This document shows, one piece after another, positions 47,285 through 57,285 of a DNA stretch of 64,000 bases. The stretch spans positions 12,454 through 76,453 of the forward strand of contig CAZUWR010000002.1 of assembly GCA_964624415.1 (NCBI GenBank). Direction: 5' to 3'. Each line of letters begins with the position of its first letter. Position 1 is the stretch's first letter. The notes below the pieces were generated by a model. The model did no database searches. It saw nothing but the letters and a program-made list of their open reading frames with translations, and was not told where the DNA came from. This DNA comes from an uncultured Bdellovibrionales bacterium. GTDB lineage: Bacteria > Patescibacteriota > Minisyncoccia > Moranbacterales > UBA1568. A program made the translations under genes and the position numbers.

Positions 47285-47692
47285 ATGAAAAATATGGAAT
47301 ATGTAACGCCATCACAATTAACTGAAAGGCCGAGAAATGCTTCTCATGAGAATCAAGAAAAGCCTGATTTTGGCATTGTGAAAAGTATGCTTATGGAAAA
47401 ATTATCCAGTGATACACAAAAAACTGCTGAAATTCTCAAAAGTTTAGATGAAGAACTTAATCAGCAAGGGCTTAATATTAAAACTTTTTGCGATTTATTT
47501 GGTGCTGCCAGTGATAATGATAAAAATACTATTTTGGAAAAGTTAATGACACTTAAACAACCCGATTTTAGTGGAAACTTTGAAGATATAAAAATTGTAC
47601 GAAAAAAAACAAAAGATACCGTTCAAGAAATAGATAGTATCTTGGATGCTGTCTTGGAAAAAATACGAAGCACGAACAATAGGATTCATTAG
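47285..47692 (+). CDS. Hypothetical protein (135 aa)
   Basis: Clean ORF with no recognised domain. Confidence 0.35.
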   Translation: MKNMEYVTPSQLTERPRNASHENQEKPDFGIVKSMLMEKLSSDTQKTAEILKSLDEELNQQGLNIKTFCDLFGAASDNDKNTILEKLMTLKQPDFSGNFEDIKIVRKKTKDTVQEIDSILDAVLEKIRSTNNRIH

Positions 47693-47697
47693 TGAGT

Positions 47698-48624
47698 CTA
47701 GCGTGGTAATTTTCTCTTTCCGTGGAACTGTCTATAAATATCGCGCAAACCTTTGTCGACGACATGAGTATATACCTGGGTAGTGGTGATTGAGGCGTGT
47801 CCAAGCATAGCCTGCACGCTCCTGATGTCCGCTCCGTTCGAGAGAAGGTTGGTGGCGAAGCTATGGCGAAGGGTGTGGGGATGTACATCTTTGACGATGC
47901 CGGCCTTGTGGGCGTAATGCTTAACGATACGCTGTACGGTGCGCGGCGACAGGCGAAGATCATCGGAGACTGATTTTTTTCCGAAACCTTTCGCGTAGGC
48001 GATAAAGAGGGCTTCGTCGACGTCTGTTCTTTTGCGAAGATACCATTCGATAGCTTGTTTGGCGTCTTCGGAGAGGAAAATAAGACGCAATTTCGAACCC
48101 TTTCCCCGAACACTAAACTCTCCCTTTTCAAGATTGACCTGATCACGGTTAAGACTGACCAATTCAGATACCCGCAATCCCGAAGAAAATAAGAGTTCAA
48201 GGATGGCTCGATCACGAAGCGATTTGAGGCTTTTTCCAGAAGCAGCAGCGAATAATCGTTCTATCTCATCGATTTCAAGAAAATCAACCTCTCGTGTGGG
48301 ATTTTTACCAACCTCGATAGTTTCCGGCGATACAACCAAAACCCCTTGCTTGGTAAGGAATTTAAGAAAGGTGCGCAGGACGATGATGTGATGCGACTGG
48401 GAATTTTTAGCGAGCGCTTCTTTTCGTGATGCCGAGGACCGATTGAGGAAAAGGCGGTATTGTCGGATGCTTTCAGGGGTGATATCGCTTGGTTTGACAC
48501 TTTTTGACCATAGTAAAAACTGGCTTAGGCATTGGTCATAATTTTCCAGTGTCTGCGGCGAACGATTAAGCTCAATTTCCAGGTGTTCCAGGAATCGACG
48601 TTTAAAGTGATCGAGAGTATGCAT
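47698..48624 (-). CDS. xerC: Tyrosine site-specific recombinase, XerC/XerD family
   Basis: Catalytic boxes …HTLRHSFAT… and …LGHASITTTQVYTH…, with an N-terminal SAM-like core-binding domain. Confidence 0.85.
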   Translation of the reverse strand: MHTLDHFKRRFLEHLEIELNRSPQTLENYDQCLSQFLLWSKSVKPSDITPESIRQYRLFLNRSSASRKEALAKNSQSHHIIVLRTFLKFLTKQGVLVVSPETIEVGKNPTREVDFLEIDEIERLFAAASGKSLKSLRDRAILELLFSSGLRVSELVSLNRDQVNLEKGEFSVRGKGSKLRLIFLSEDAKQAIEWYLRKRTDVDEALFIAYAKGFGKKSVSDDLRLSPRTVQRIVKHYAHKAGIVKDVHPHTLRHSFATNLLSNGADIRSVQAMLGHASITTTQVYTHVVDKGLRDIYRQFHGKRKLPR

Positions 48625-48839
48625 AGTCCTATTGTACCATAAGCTTTATATAAGCCAAATAATGACAATATTGAACCGGGAACGATTGACAGAATGCAGA
48701 GGGTTTAGTATCATAGGAATACATAAAAATTAGGGTTTTCTCCAATGGACGCCACGTACTACACGAAGGTGTAGGTGTTCTACGGTGGAAACTTAACTGA
48801 AGGATTGATCTTATTCGTACAAATCTTCTCCATGCGACC

Positions 48840-50024
48840 TTGGGATGGCTCAAGCGCAAGCAGCAAAGGTTTAGAGCCTTCCAGACGAAGGTCTATCGCG
48901 CGCAAAGACGTCTGACGCACTATCTTAAGCAACATAAAACGCTCTATTTCCTGCATTTGTTCAGGAATTACTCGGCGCTTTCGGTTGTGGTGGGGAGCGC
49001 TTTTTTAGTGACCGGTACCAATGTTTCAGCCACGAATGATGCGAATGGCTTTTTATCCGGATATTTTCAGAATGAATCGGCCGCTACGAAACATAAGATA
49101 GCCGCGCAAGCGAGTAAAAAGGACAGCTTATCCATGGTACCTTTGGCGAGCGCTTCAACAAAAGTGGATCCGGATGCTCAGGATGCCGTGCTTTCTGTGG
49201 CGGATATGTCGACGGGTATGTCAAATAGTCGCATTGTGGCGACTTCTGCTGGTATGATGAAAGATCCGGAGGAAGATGGCGGTGTGACCATGTATACCGT
49301 TAAAGAGGGGGATACGGTGAGTGGTATTGCTGCCAAAAACTTTATTACGGTCAATACGATTTTGTGGGCGAATGATTTGGACAACGTTGATGCTATCAAA
49401 CCGGGAGATCAGATATTTATTCTGCCGGTAGCTGGCGTGACACATATCGTGCAGAATGGCGAAACCATCGATTCAATCGCGCAGAAGTATCATGCCGACA
49501 AGGATCGAATTATCGCTTTCAATGAATTGCCGGCAACAGGTGAAGTGAAAACCGATCAGGAAATCGTTATTCCTGATGGCCAAAAAGAAACATCCAAACC
49601 AACTGCTACTCCAGACACTTCCGATACGCTTCGCCGCCAGTATGCCACATCGGCAGGGGCTGGTGCAGTGACCGATATTTCTTCCGGATGGAAAAAACTT
49701 GAAGGCAAAGCAGGTGCAGGACATCGTTTCCCTTACGGATACTGTACCTGGTATGTAGCGCAAAAGCGTTATGTCCCATGGAGCGGCAACGCAGGAACGT
49801 GGTTGTATAATGCGAAAGCGCAAGGATATAGGACAGGAAAGACACCATCAGTCGGAGCTATCGTAGTGACAACGGATAGTCCATACTACGGACACGTTGC
49901 TTTGGTGGAAAGTGTGAGCGGCGGCTCTATCACCGTAAGCGAAATGAACTTTAAGGGTTGGGGCAAGGTGGATCGTCGCGTGATTTCAACCGCGAGCCGA
50001 TCAATCAAGGGATATGTGTACTAA
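48840..50024 (+). CDS. Secreted peptidoglycan hydrolase with 2x LysM and a C-terminal CHAP domain
   Basis: LysM repeats (YTVKEGDTVSGIAAKN…, HIVQNGETIDSIAQKY…). CHAP region …GYCTWYVAQKRY…GAIVVTTDSPYYGHVALVESV…. Confidence 0.75.
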   Translation: MGWLKRKQQRFRAFQTKVYRAQRRLTHYLKQHKTLYFLHLFRNYSALSVVVGSAFLVTGTNVSATNDANGFLSGYFQNESAATKHKIAAQASKKDSLSMVPLASASTKVDPDAQDAVLSVADMSTGMSNSRIVATSAGMMKDPEEDGGVTMYTVKEGDTVSGIAAKNFITVNTILWANDLDNVDAIKPGDQIFILPVAGVTHIVQNGETIDSIAQKYHADKDRIIAFNELPATGEVKTDQEIVIPDGQKETSKPTATPDTSDTLRRQYATSAGAGAVTDISSGWKKLEGKAGAGHRFPYGYCTWYVAQKRYVPWSGNAGTWLYNAKAQGYRTGKTPSVGAIVVTTDSPYYGHVALVESVSGGSITVSEMNFKGWGKVDRRVISTASRSIKGYVY

Positions 50025-50138
50025 TAATAAAAACTGAAGAAAAGAAGAGCAGGCAGCAAGCTTGCTCTTCTTTTGTTGCACTTATTTTTTATGGTATACT
50101 GAAACAGTGCTAGGTTCTTAGTCATTAGCAAAGCGACC

Positions 50139-52238
50139 GTGCTTTCAAAAATGAAAATACAATTGGGATTTCCCCGTCTTTTTCCTCGTCGTACAAGCGT
50201 TTTTTTGACGTTTCTTTTTGCGTTTATATTTTTTTCTTCTTCTATTTCTCCAGCTCAAGCTGTTTGTACAACTCAGGCGGGTTGTGCAGTTGATAAGATT
50301 CTTACGGGTATAGGTGGAACAGTCATTAGTGGGGCATCAAGCGTGGCTAGCTCAGCGTCAGATTCATTCCTTAAACCATTCGCTCTCGGGTTGCTCGGAT
50401 TTGAAGCTGGACTCGCCAATGCTGCTGCCGGACTTTTCGCTTTTATGCTTGATCCGGTCGCTTTTTCCGATATCATGAACAACGGAGTGTTTTATGAAAT
50501 ATGGAAAATCGTACGCGATACCATGAACATGCTCTTTATTCTTGTGCTGCTCTTCTCTGCTTTTGCTACTATCTACCAAATAGATCGGTACAAGTATAAT
50601 AAAATCCTGTGGATGGTGGTTCTGATGGCGCTTTTGGTTAATTTCAGTTGGCCGATAGCACGGACCATCGTGGATTTTTTCAATAGCATGATGTACTTTT
50701 TTGTTCAGTCTGTCTTCCAAACCAATGGACCGGCAGCAGCTAATGGTATCTTAGGTGGTGCAGATCTGAAAAATATCTTCTTACCCAACAATGGCGCTGG
50801 CGCTGAGTGGCCGCAAATCATCCTCGCGGTTGTGACGATGGCTATTTTTGCTATTACACTTCTCGTGCTTTCCTTGATGATGCTGATTCGATTGGTAGCT
50901 TTGCCGGTATTAGTCATGTTTTCACCGCTCGGGTTTGCTGGTATGGCGGCTCCTTTCACACACAGTTATGCGAAAAAGTGGTGGGATAAGCTTTTTCAAT
51001 ACGCTTCTTTCGGACCGATAGCGGTATTTATGGTATTGGCAAGCATTCGCATCCTGGGTGCAATGGGTGATTGGAAATTACATATGGGAGTGACTGTGCA
51101 AAAAATGAGTGCATCAACAGGAGTTTTGTCACCAGAAAGTCTTCAGACATTGATTTTTTTCGCCATCCCGATCATTCTTATGTGGATGGCTATCACATCA
51201 GCGCGAAGTATGAGTAATCAGCTCTCTTCCGAAGCGACAAAATATGGAACAACCTTTGGCAAGTGGGCTGGTCGTCAGCCATGGCGAGCGACGAAGGGGG
51301 TTTTGCGCTGGACGGGTGCTTCCGGTGGTATTGAAGAAGCCTGGAAAAACAGACGGGGATTGTTTGGCGCTGACTCAAGACGCGCCACTGAAGCACGGGC
51401 AAACCGATTGGCCGGGCTTATCGGCGGGGGCACGTCCGGTTTCAAAAATGCCGGATACGAAAACTTTGAAAAACGAGTCGCTGCCGAGCAAGAAGCGCTC
51501 AAGAAATTTGGTAATGCTTCAAAAGCGAAAGGCCTGCTCAATAGCGGTAATGCAGAACAGAAAAAAGCGGCCGCCTTGTATCTTGCCGAGAAAGAAATGC
51601 TTACCAATGCAGAAGACTTGCAAAATGCTTTGCGCGCTGTCGGTACAGATTTTTCTGCGGCACGCAATATCATTAGCAAGGCTCCAAAGTCATCACTTAC
51701 CAATGCTAATGATTTGAGCAAGTCGCTGAAAATCTTAAATGACAACGGCCACCAAAGACTCTTGGGTGAAACTATATTGAAGGCGGAGAAAGGTGCTTTA
51801 GGCACGAATTACACCGAGTATGGTTCCGTGCTGGCTCAATTATCAGCCAGAGATGCTAATGGTAATATAAGGAAAGATGCTTCCGGTAAGGCGATAGTGG
51901 ATGCGGAATTGGAAAAAGCCTATAATAGGCGATTGACCGCAGAAGGCCAGACTCATATTCGAGTAGATACATCAAGCTGGACACCTCAGACAAGTAATGC
52001 TGTCAAAAATGCCGCTTACGGAGAAGTTTTTGATAAGATAAATACTGAAGATTTAGTAAAACAAAATAAAGATGATCTTTTGAAAAATCCTAATTTCATA
52101 GCTTATCTAAAGAGTAGAACTGATGCAAATAAAGAATATAAGAAACAGCTTCTTGCGTCTGCTGGAAGACAGAGCGATAGCTCGGTGATGAGTGCTTGGT
52201 CAGCTGGTGGTATTTCTAATACCTCATCAACACCATAA
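50139..52238 (+). CDS. VirB6/TrbL-like polytopic membrane protein (T4SS-like channel component), tentative
   Basis: Signal/anchor, Cys pair (CTTQAGC) and several Trp-rich TM helices, followed by a long hydrophilic C-terminal tail. It lies next to a VirB3/VirB4 module. Confidence 0.45.
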   Translation: MLSKMKIQLGFPRLFPRRTSVFLTFLFAFIFFSSSISPAQAVCTTQAGCAVDKILTGIGGTVISGASSVASSASDSFLKPFALGLLGFEAGLANAAAGLFAFMLDPVAFSDIMNNGVFYEIWKIVRDTMNMLFILVLLFSAFATIYQIDRYKYNKILWMVVLMALLVNFSWPIARTIVDFFNSMMYFFVQSVFQTNGPAAANGILGGADLKNIFLPNNGAGAEWPQIILAVVTMAIFAITLLVLSLMMLIRLVALPVLVMFSPLGFAGMAAPFTHSYAKKWWDKLFQYASFGPIAVFMVLASIRILGAMGDWKLHMGVTVQKMSASTGVLSPESLQTLIFFAIPIILMWMAITSARSMSNQLSSEATKYGTTFGKWAGRQPWRATKGVLRWTGASGGIEEAWKNRRGLFGADSRRATEARANRLAGLIGGGTSGFKNAGYENFEKRVAAEQEALKKFGNASKAKGLLNSGNAEQKKAAALYLAEKEMLTNAEDLQNALRAVGTDFSAARNIISKAPKSSLTNANDLSKSLKILNDNGHQRLLGETILKAEKGALGTNYTEYGSVLAQLSARDANGNIRKDASGKAIVDAELEKAYNRRLTAEGQTHIRVDTSSWTPQTSNAVKNAAYGEVFDKINTEDLVKQNKDDLLKNPNFIAYLKSRTDANKEYKKQLLASAGRQSDSSVMSAWSAGGISNTSSTP

Positions 52239-52311
52239 ACCATTTTTCGTTTCAAGCCAGCAACATAATTATCCTCATAATCCATAAACCTTTTCTTGTA
52301 TTAGTATACGT

Positions 52312-53607
52312 ATGGAAACATCCAATAATCAAGAATTACTTTTCGATCCACTTCTTGCGCCGATTCATCCGAACGGCACTCCTTTGACAGAGCAGGAAGC
52401 TATCGATATATGGCTGTATTTGAAGCAGGTTTCCGAGGAAACCTATCAACTACTCTCCTCTTCCCTTATAGATGAGGCTTTGCATCGCATGCAGCAAACG
52501 CTTGGGTTTACGGACGAGGTGATGATAAGGATGGCATCGCTTTTGCGGATGATGTATTTTGGTAAGATTACTTTTGAACAATTCCCGGAGTTATTGCAGA
52601 AGGAAGTGGGTATTCCTCAGGATAAGGTTGCCGTGACAGTGAATTTCATACAGGCAGAAGTACTGTCACTTAAAGCGATACCGAAACAGCCTGAGGTGGC
52701 GGAGGATGTTGTCCAAACACAAATGCAAACCACCGCAATAATGCTGCTTGATGCTCTGGCAAAATACCCTCGTATCAACGACCAACAGATTACCACTGAT
52801 CGCATCAAAATACGTAGCGAGAGAGAATCCGTGCGCGGGACGGTACGCAATTGGCTCAGGGCTTATCGTGATAGTGTCGGTGTGCGCCAGCATAGTGCTA
52901 TCGAACGCGGGCAATTCCTGTTCCAATCTGAGAATGCCAAAGGTCTCTCCGCTCAAGAACGCGAGAAGGTGGCTGCGCTCTTGAAATCGCTTGATGATCG
53001 CGAGGCGCTCGCTATCGATGTTCAAAGACAGGAGATAGTGTTTCCAGTATTCATACCATCGCAAACTACCACTGCGCCGCCATCAGCACTGGCGCAACCA
53101 CCAGCATTCGTCGCCGATTCATTTGTAACTGAACAGAAACCGGAGTTTGTACCTGAAATGCAACCGGTAATCGCGCCGCAAAATAACGGACAAGTAGCAG
53201 GTTCTTTTCCTCAGGCGCCGCAACCGACGACATTCAATTTTTCACAAGCCCTGCCTGATCCCCTCCATCCTTCCGTATTAAATCCTCAAACGCTTCAATC
53301 AACACCTCCGGTATCGACTGAGAAATACAATCTTACTCCTGAAGCATCAAGTCCTCTCATACCACTGAATCCGGCTGATGAGAAAGCGTTTCATTTTTCG
53401 TCGGGACACATCTTGCCAGCAGAGAAGCAATCTCCTGAAAACCCGGTCATTCCATCAAAAACACCTTCGCCGCCGTCATCATTCGGGTTAGGATATAATC
53501 CCGGTACGCCGTTTCGCTCATCGCCACAAATAACTGGTCAGAAAAAAGAAGTTTGGGAGATTCCTTCCGGATTACAGAATGTGGTGGATCTGCGAGCAAA
53601 GGAATAA
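52312..53607 (+). CDS. Hypothetical protein with a Pro/Gln-rich C-terminal half
   Basis: No TM helix or recognised domain. Confidence 0.4.
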   Translation: METSNNQELLFDPLLAPIHPNGTPLTEQEAIDIWLYLKQVSEETYQLLSSSLIDEALHRMQQTLGFTDEVMIRMASLLRMMYFGKITFEQFPELLQKEVGIPQDKVAVTVNFIQAEVLSLKAIPKQPEVAEDVVQTQMQTTAIMLLDALAKYPRINDQQITTDRIKIRSERESVRGTVRNWLRAYRDSVGVRQHSAIERGQFLFQSENAKGLSAQEREKVAALLKSLDDREALAIDVQRQEIVFPVFIPSQTTTAPPSALAQPPAFVADSFVTEQKPEFVPEMQPVIAPQNNGQVAGSFPQAPQPTTFNFSQALPDPLHPSVLNPQTLQSTPPVSTEKYNLTPEASSPLIPLNPADEKAFHFSSGHILPAEKQSPENPVIPSKTPSPPSSFGLGYNPGTPFRSSPQITGQKKEVWEIPSGLQNVVDLRAKE

Positions 53608-53647
53608 AGGTATGGTATACTAAGAAGGTAAAAATCTATATTGTTGT

Positions 53648-54046
53648 ATGTTATTCAATGTTCCACAGTACATCGATGTCGAAGATAAAGTGGCAGGACC
53701 GCTGACCGCTAAGCAGTTACTGTGGATGATCGGTATGGGGGCCGCACTGATGTTTTTGTGGAGCATGCTCAATACGGGCGCTTTTTTTGCTGCAGCAATC
53801 CCGGTAGTGTGCGCATTCGTGGCCCTCGCTTTTTACCGGCCTTATAATCAACCCTTAGCTATGTTCATAGCCAATGCATTACTCTTTATGATCCGGCCGA
53901 AAATTTATGTCTGGGAGCGTCCTACCAAGAGGACGCCTCAGCGAAAGGAAAAAAATCCTGTGATGGGAGAGATAGTTGTCAATAAACAAGTAACGGTCGA
54001 AGAAGTGAACCGGCTCGCAAAAATAGTCGATAGTCAGAGACATTGA
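53648..54046 (+). CDS. VirB3/PrgI-like small two-TM protein
   Basis: 132 aa, two adjacent TM helices. It sits immediately upstream of the VirB4 ORFs, as in Gram-positive-type T4SS. Confidence 0.45.
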   Translation: MLFNVPQYIDVEDKVAGPLTAKQLLWMIGMGAALMFLWSMLNTGAFFAAAIPVVCAFVALAFYRPYNQPLAMFIANALLFMIRPKIYVWERPTKRTPQRKEKNPVMGEIVVNKQVTVEEVNRLAKIVDSQRH

Positions 54047-54056
54047 ACAGTTTTTT

Positions 54057-54737
54057 ATGGAAAATTCTCAACAAAAAAAGAAATCGGCTAGCACGCAGCA
54101 ATACGTCGATGTGCGCGAGGTACGAGATGGCGTGATTGTGCTTAAGAACGGCGCACTCCGAGCTATTTTATTGGTGTCTTCTTTGAATTTCGATCTGAAG
54201 TCAACTGAAGAGCAAGACGCTATTATTTCGCAGTATCAAAGCTTTCTAAATTCCTTGGACTTTCCGGTGCAGGTGCTTATTCATTCGAGAAGGTTTAATA
54301 TAGAGCCCTATCTTCAATTACTCAAGGAAAAAGAAGAGGAACAGACGAATGAATTGTTGCGCCTCCAGATTTCAGAGTATCAGCATTTTATTAAAAATCT
54401 GACGGAAGTATCCGATATCATGTCGAAATACTTTTATGTCATCGTACCTTTTGCTTCTATTGAAGATAAGCAAAGTGGTTTGCTTGAAAAATTGAGCAAT
54501 ATGATAAATCCGAAAGAGGCTATTCATGAGCGACGCGAACTTTTTGAAACATACAAAAATCAGCTATGGCAAAGGGTTGATCATGTGAGTATCGGCCTTT
54601 CGGGTACAGGAGTAAAGGTAGCGGCGCTCAATACGGAAGAAATCATAGAACTTCTCTATAATACCTATAATCCATCACTGTTCTCGACGACCCTGACAAA
54701 AAATATCAAGGATATCGAACTGAATACGGCGATTTGA
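54057..54737 (+). CDS. VirB4/TraC N-terminal-domain protein (first piece of a split VirB4)
   Basis: YVDVREVRDGVIVLKNGALRAILLVSSLNFDLKSTEEQDAIISQYQSFLNSL resembles the CagE/TrbE/VirB N-domain. It ends 10 nt before the ATPase ORF, in a different frame. Confidence 0.45.
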   Translation: MENSQQKKKSASTQQYVDVREVRDGVIVLKNGALRAILLVSSLNFDLKSTEEQDAIISQYQSFLNSLDFPVQVLIHSRRFNIEPYLQLLKEKEEEQTNELLRLQISEYQHFIKNLTEVSDIMSKYFYVIVPFASIEDKQSGLLEKLSNMINPKEAIHERRELFETYKNQLWQRVDHVSIGLSGTGVKVAALNTEEIIELLYNTYNPSLFSTTLTKNIKDIELNTAI

Positions 54738-54747
54738 TGAGCAATAG

Positions 54748-56595
54748 GTGAATATATACAATAAAAAGCATCGTATGGCATTTTTTTCCAAAAAACAAGA
54801 ACAACAGGATGAATTCCTGGCGAGCGAAGAACTCTATCAAAGAGGTGTTGCGACGATACGCGACCTTATCGCGCCTTCAGCTATCAAATTGAGCTCCAAC
54901 TTCATGCAGATAGGAGAGACGATGGCTCGGACGCATTTCGTGGTAGCTTACCCGCGATACCTCAATACGAACTGGTTTTCACCGATTGTGAATCTGGACT
55001 TTCCTCTCGATATTTCGATGATGATTCACCCTATCGATACGCGGGAAATCTTAAAAAACCTCCGAAAATCGGTAACGCAAGTGCAGTCTCAGATTCATAT
55101 TGAGGAGGAAGGCGGCAAGGTACGTGATCCGATTCTCGAGACAGCTCTCAAAGATATCGAAGAATTGCGCGACAAACTTCAGCAGGGAACGGAGAAGTTT
55201 TTCCGGTTTGGTTTGTATATCACGCTGTATGCGCAGTCGTTGGAGGATTTGAACCGCATGAGTCAGGCAGTTGAGGCGATTTTGGAATCACAACTGGTCT
55301 ATATTAAGCCGGCAGTATTGCGTATGGAGCAGGGGTTTACTTCGACGCGACCCTTGATGAACGATGTGCTCGATATTGCAAACAACCTCAATACAGCACC
55401 ATTATCCACCACTTTTCCATTCGTTTCGGCGGATCTCTCATCGAATGAGGGAATATTGTATGGCATCAATCGTCACAACAATAGCTTGATTCTGTTTGAT
55501 CGTTTCAAATTGGAAAATGCCAATATGGTGGTATTCGCCAAATCCGGTGCCGGAAAAAGCTATACCGTCAAACTCGAAGTGCTCCGTTCGATGATGCTCG
55601 GTTCGAGCGTGATCATTATCGATCCTGAAAACGAATACCGCCACCTGTGTGAGATGGTGGGCGGATCCTTTATTGATATCAAGCTGGGCACGAATTTCCA
55701 TCTCAATCCTTTTGATCTACCGCGTGTCGGCGAGGACGAAGATCTTACAGCGGTGCTGCGCAATACTATCGCCGGGCTTATCGGGTTGATTCATTTGATG
55801 CTTGGCAATCTCACACCGGAAGAAGATTCGATTCTCGACCGTGCTCTTCGGGAAACCTACGCTATTCGTGACATTACTCCTACGGGGCGTTTCCGCGACA
55901 TACCATCCAACGCTTTTCCGACCATGCTCGATTTGTATGAAGTCTTGAAAAATATGGAGGGTGCAGAATCTTTGGCTGCGCGTCTCGAGAAATACACCGA
56001 GGGCATCTTTTCGGGATTTTTGAGTAATCATACTAACGTATCCTTGCGCGAGCAGTTAGTCGTATTTAATATCCGCGATTTGGAAGAAGAATTGCGTCCT
56101 ATCGCGATGTATATTATCTTGCAATTCATTTGGAATGAGATGCGATCAGAGCTTAAAAAACGGATTGTGGTGGTGGATGAGGCGTGGGTGATGATGCAGC
56201 ACGAAGACGCGGCTTCATTTCTGTATGGCATAGCCAAGCGTTGCCGAAAGTACTATACGGGATTGACGACTATCACTCAAGACATCGGGGATTTTATGCA
56301 TTCGCGCTATGGCAAGCCTATTTTGACAAACTCTTCGCTCCAGCTCCTGCTGAGGCAATCACCAGCATCTATTGAATTGGTTGCGGAGACATTTTTCCTT
56401 ACTGACCACGAAAAATTCCTGCTTTTGGAAAGCAATGTGGGCGAGGGGATTTTCTTTGCCGGTACCAAACATGTCGCTATCAAGGTTATTGCCTCCTATA
56501 GTGAGGACCAGATTATCACCTCTGATCCGCGACAACTCTTGGAAATCGAGCAAGCGAAACAGGATTTCGAACAAGAAAATAAGGAGAATGTTTAA
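54748..56595 (+). CDS. virB4: VirB4-family T4SS ATPase (C-terminal ATPase piece)
   Basis: Walker A VVFAKSGAGKSYTVK, Walker B IVVVDEAWVMM, and TraC/VirB4-like flanking motifs. Confidence 0.8.
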   Translation: MNIYNKKHRMAFFSKKQEQQDEFLASEELYQRGVATIRDLIAPSAIKLSSNFMQIGETMARTHFVVAYPRYLNTNWFSPIVNLDFPLDISMMIHPIDTREILKNLRKSVTQVQSQIHIEEEGGKVRDPILETALKDIEELRDKLQQGTEKFFRFGLYITLYAQSLEDLNRMSQAVEAILESQLVYIKPAVLRMEQGFTSTRPLMNDVLDIANNLNTAPLSTTFPFVSADLSSNEGILYGINRHNNSLILFDRFKLENANMVVFAKSGAGKSYTVKLEVLRSMMLGSSVIIIDPENEYRHLCEMVGGSFIDIKLGTNFHLNPFDLPRVGEDEDLTAVLRNTIAGLIGLIHLMLGNLTPEEDSILDRALRETYAIRDITPTGRFRDIPSNAFPTMLDLYEVLKNMEGAESLAARLEKYTEGIFSGFLSNHTNVSLREQLVVFNIRDLEEELRPIAMYIILQFIWNEMRSELKKRIVVVDEAWVMMQHEDAASFLYGIAKRCRKYYTGLTTITQDIGDFMHSRYGKPILTNSSLQLLLRQSPASIELVAETFFLTDHEKFLLLESNVGEGIFFAGTKHVAIKVIASYSEDQIITSDPRQLLEIEQAKQDFEQENKENV

Positions 56596-56606
56596 GCGCT
56601 CCCTGT

Positions 56607-57251
56607 ATGAATATATCGCACAAGCAAAAACAATTTTGGATGAGCAATGTCGTCATTGTGATAAGCCTATTAGGAGCTGTCTTATTTCCTGCCGCTGATG
56701 CTATTCAGTCGATTATTATAAGTATAGCTTTTCTCATCGTCCTTCCTTTGCTATTCACATATTTATTTTTGAAAGAAAGACTCCCTTTTCTCGGTCTTTC
56801 TTGGGGAAATGTGACGCAGGGTAGCTTGTGGTTAGCGACATTTCTGTCTCTTGAGGTGTTTTCGTTAATCGGATTGATTCGTTATACGGACGCATTGAGC
56901 CGCTTCGATATGCCGCTCGCTGTTCGTTTGAGTTTCCCGTTGTTTATACTCTTTATTGTGGTTGTCGGTATATATGTATTCATGGCTGAATTTTTTTTCC
57001 GAGGATTCGTATTTTCCGTATGGCAAAAAAATATCGGTACCAAGGCTTTGTTCGCCCAAACTACCGTGTATCTCATTTTTTTGGTAGCGTTGTCTCACTG
57101 GAAAATAGGCGCATCTTTTCTTGTTGTTGGTATCATGGCTCTTCTTTCAGGATTTCTCGTTATCCGTTCCCGATCGATAGTGTATTCATTTTTATTTTCA
57201 TATATCTCTGTTATACTAGGGATAGTGAGTATTATTTTTTTCGTAAAATAA
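56607..57251 (+). CDS. Polytopic membrane protein, possibly a CPBP-family intramembrane protease
   Basis: Six or more TM helices, EFFFRG (EExxxR-like) and LSH (FxxxH-like) motifs. Weak call. Confidence 0.3.
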   Translation: MNISHKQKQFWMSNVVIVISLLGAVLFPAADAIQSIIISIAFLIVLPLLFTYLFLKERLPFLGLSWGNVTQGSLWLATFLSLEVFSLIGLIRYTDALSRFDMPLAVRLSFPLFILFIVVVGIYVFMAEFFFRGFVFSVWQKNIGTKALFAQTTVYLIFLVALSHWKIGASFLVVGIMALLSGFLVIRSRSIVYSFLFSYISVILGIVSIIFFVK

Positions 57252-57285
57252 ATTAGAAAAAGCCGGAGTAAAAGATACATCGTTT

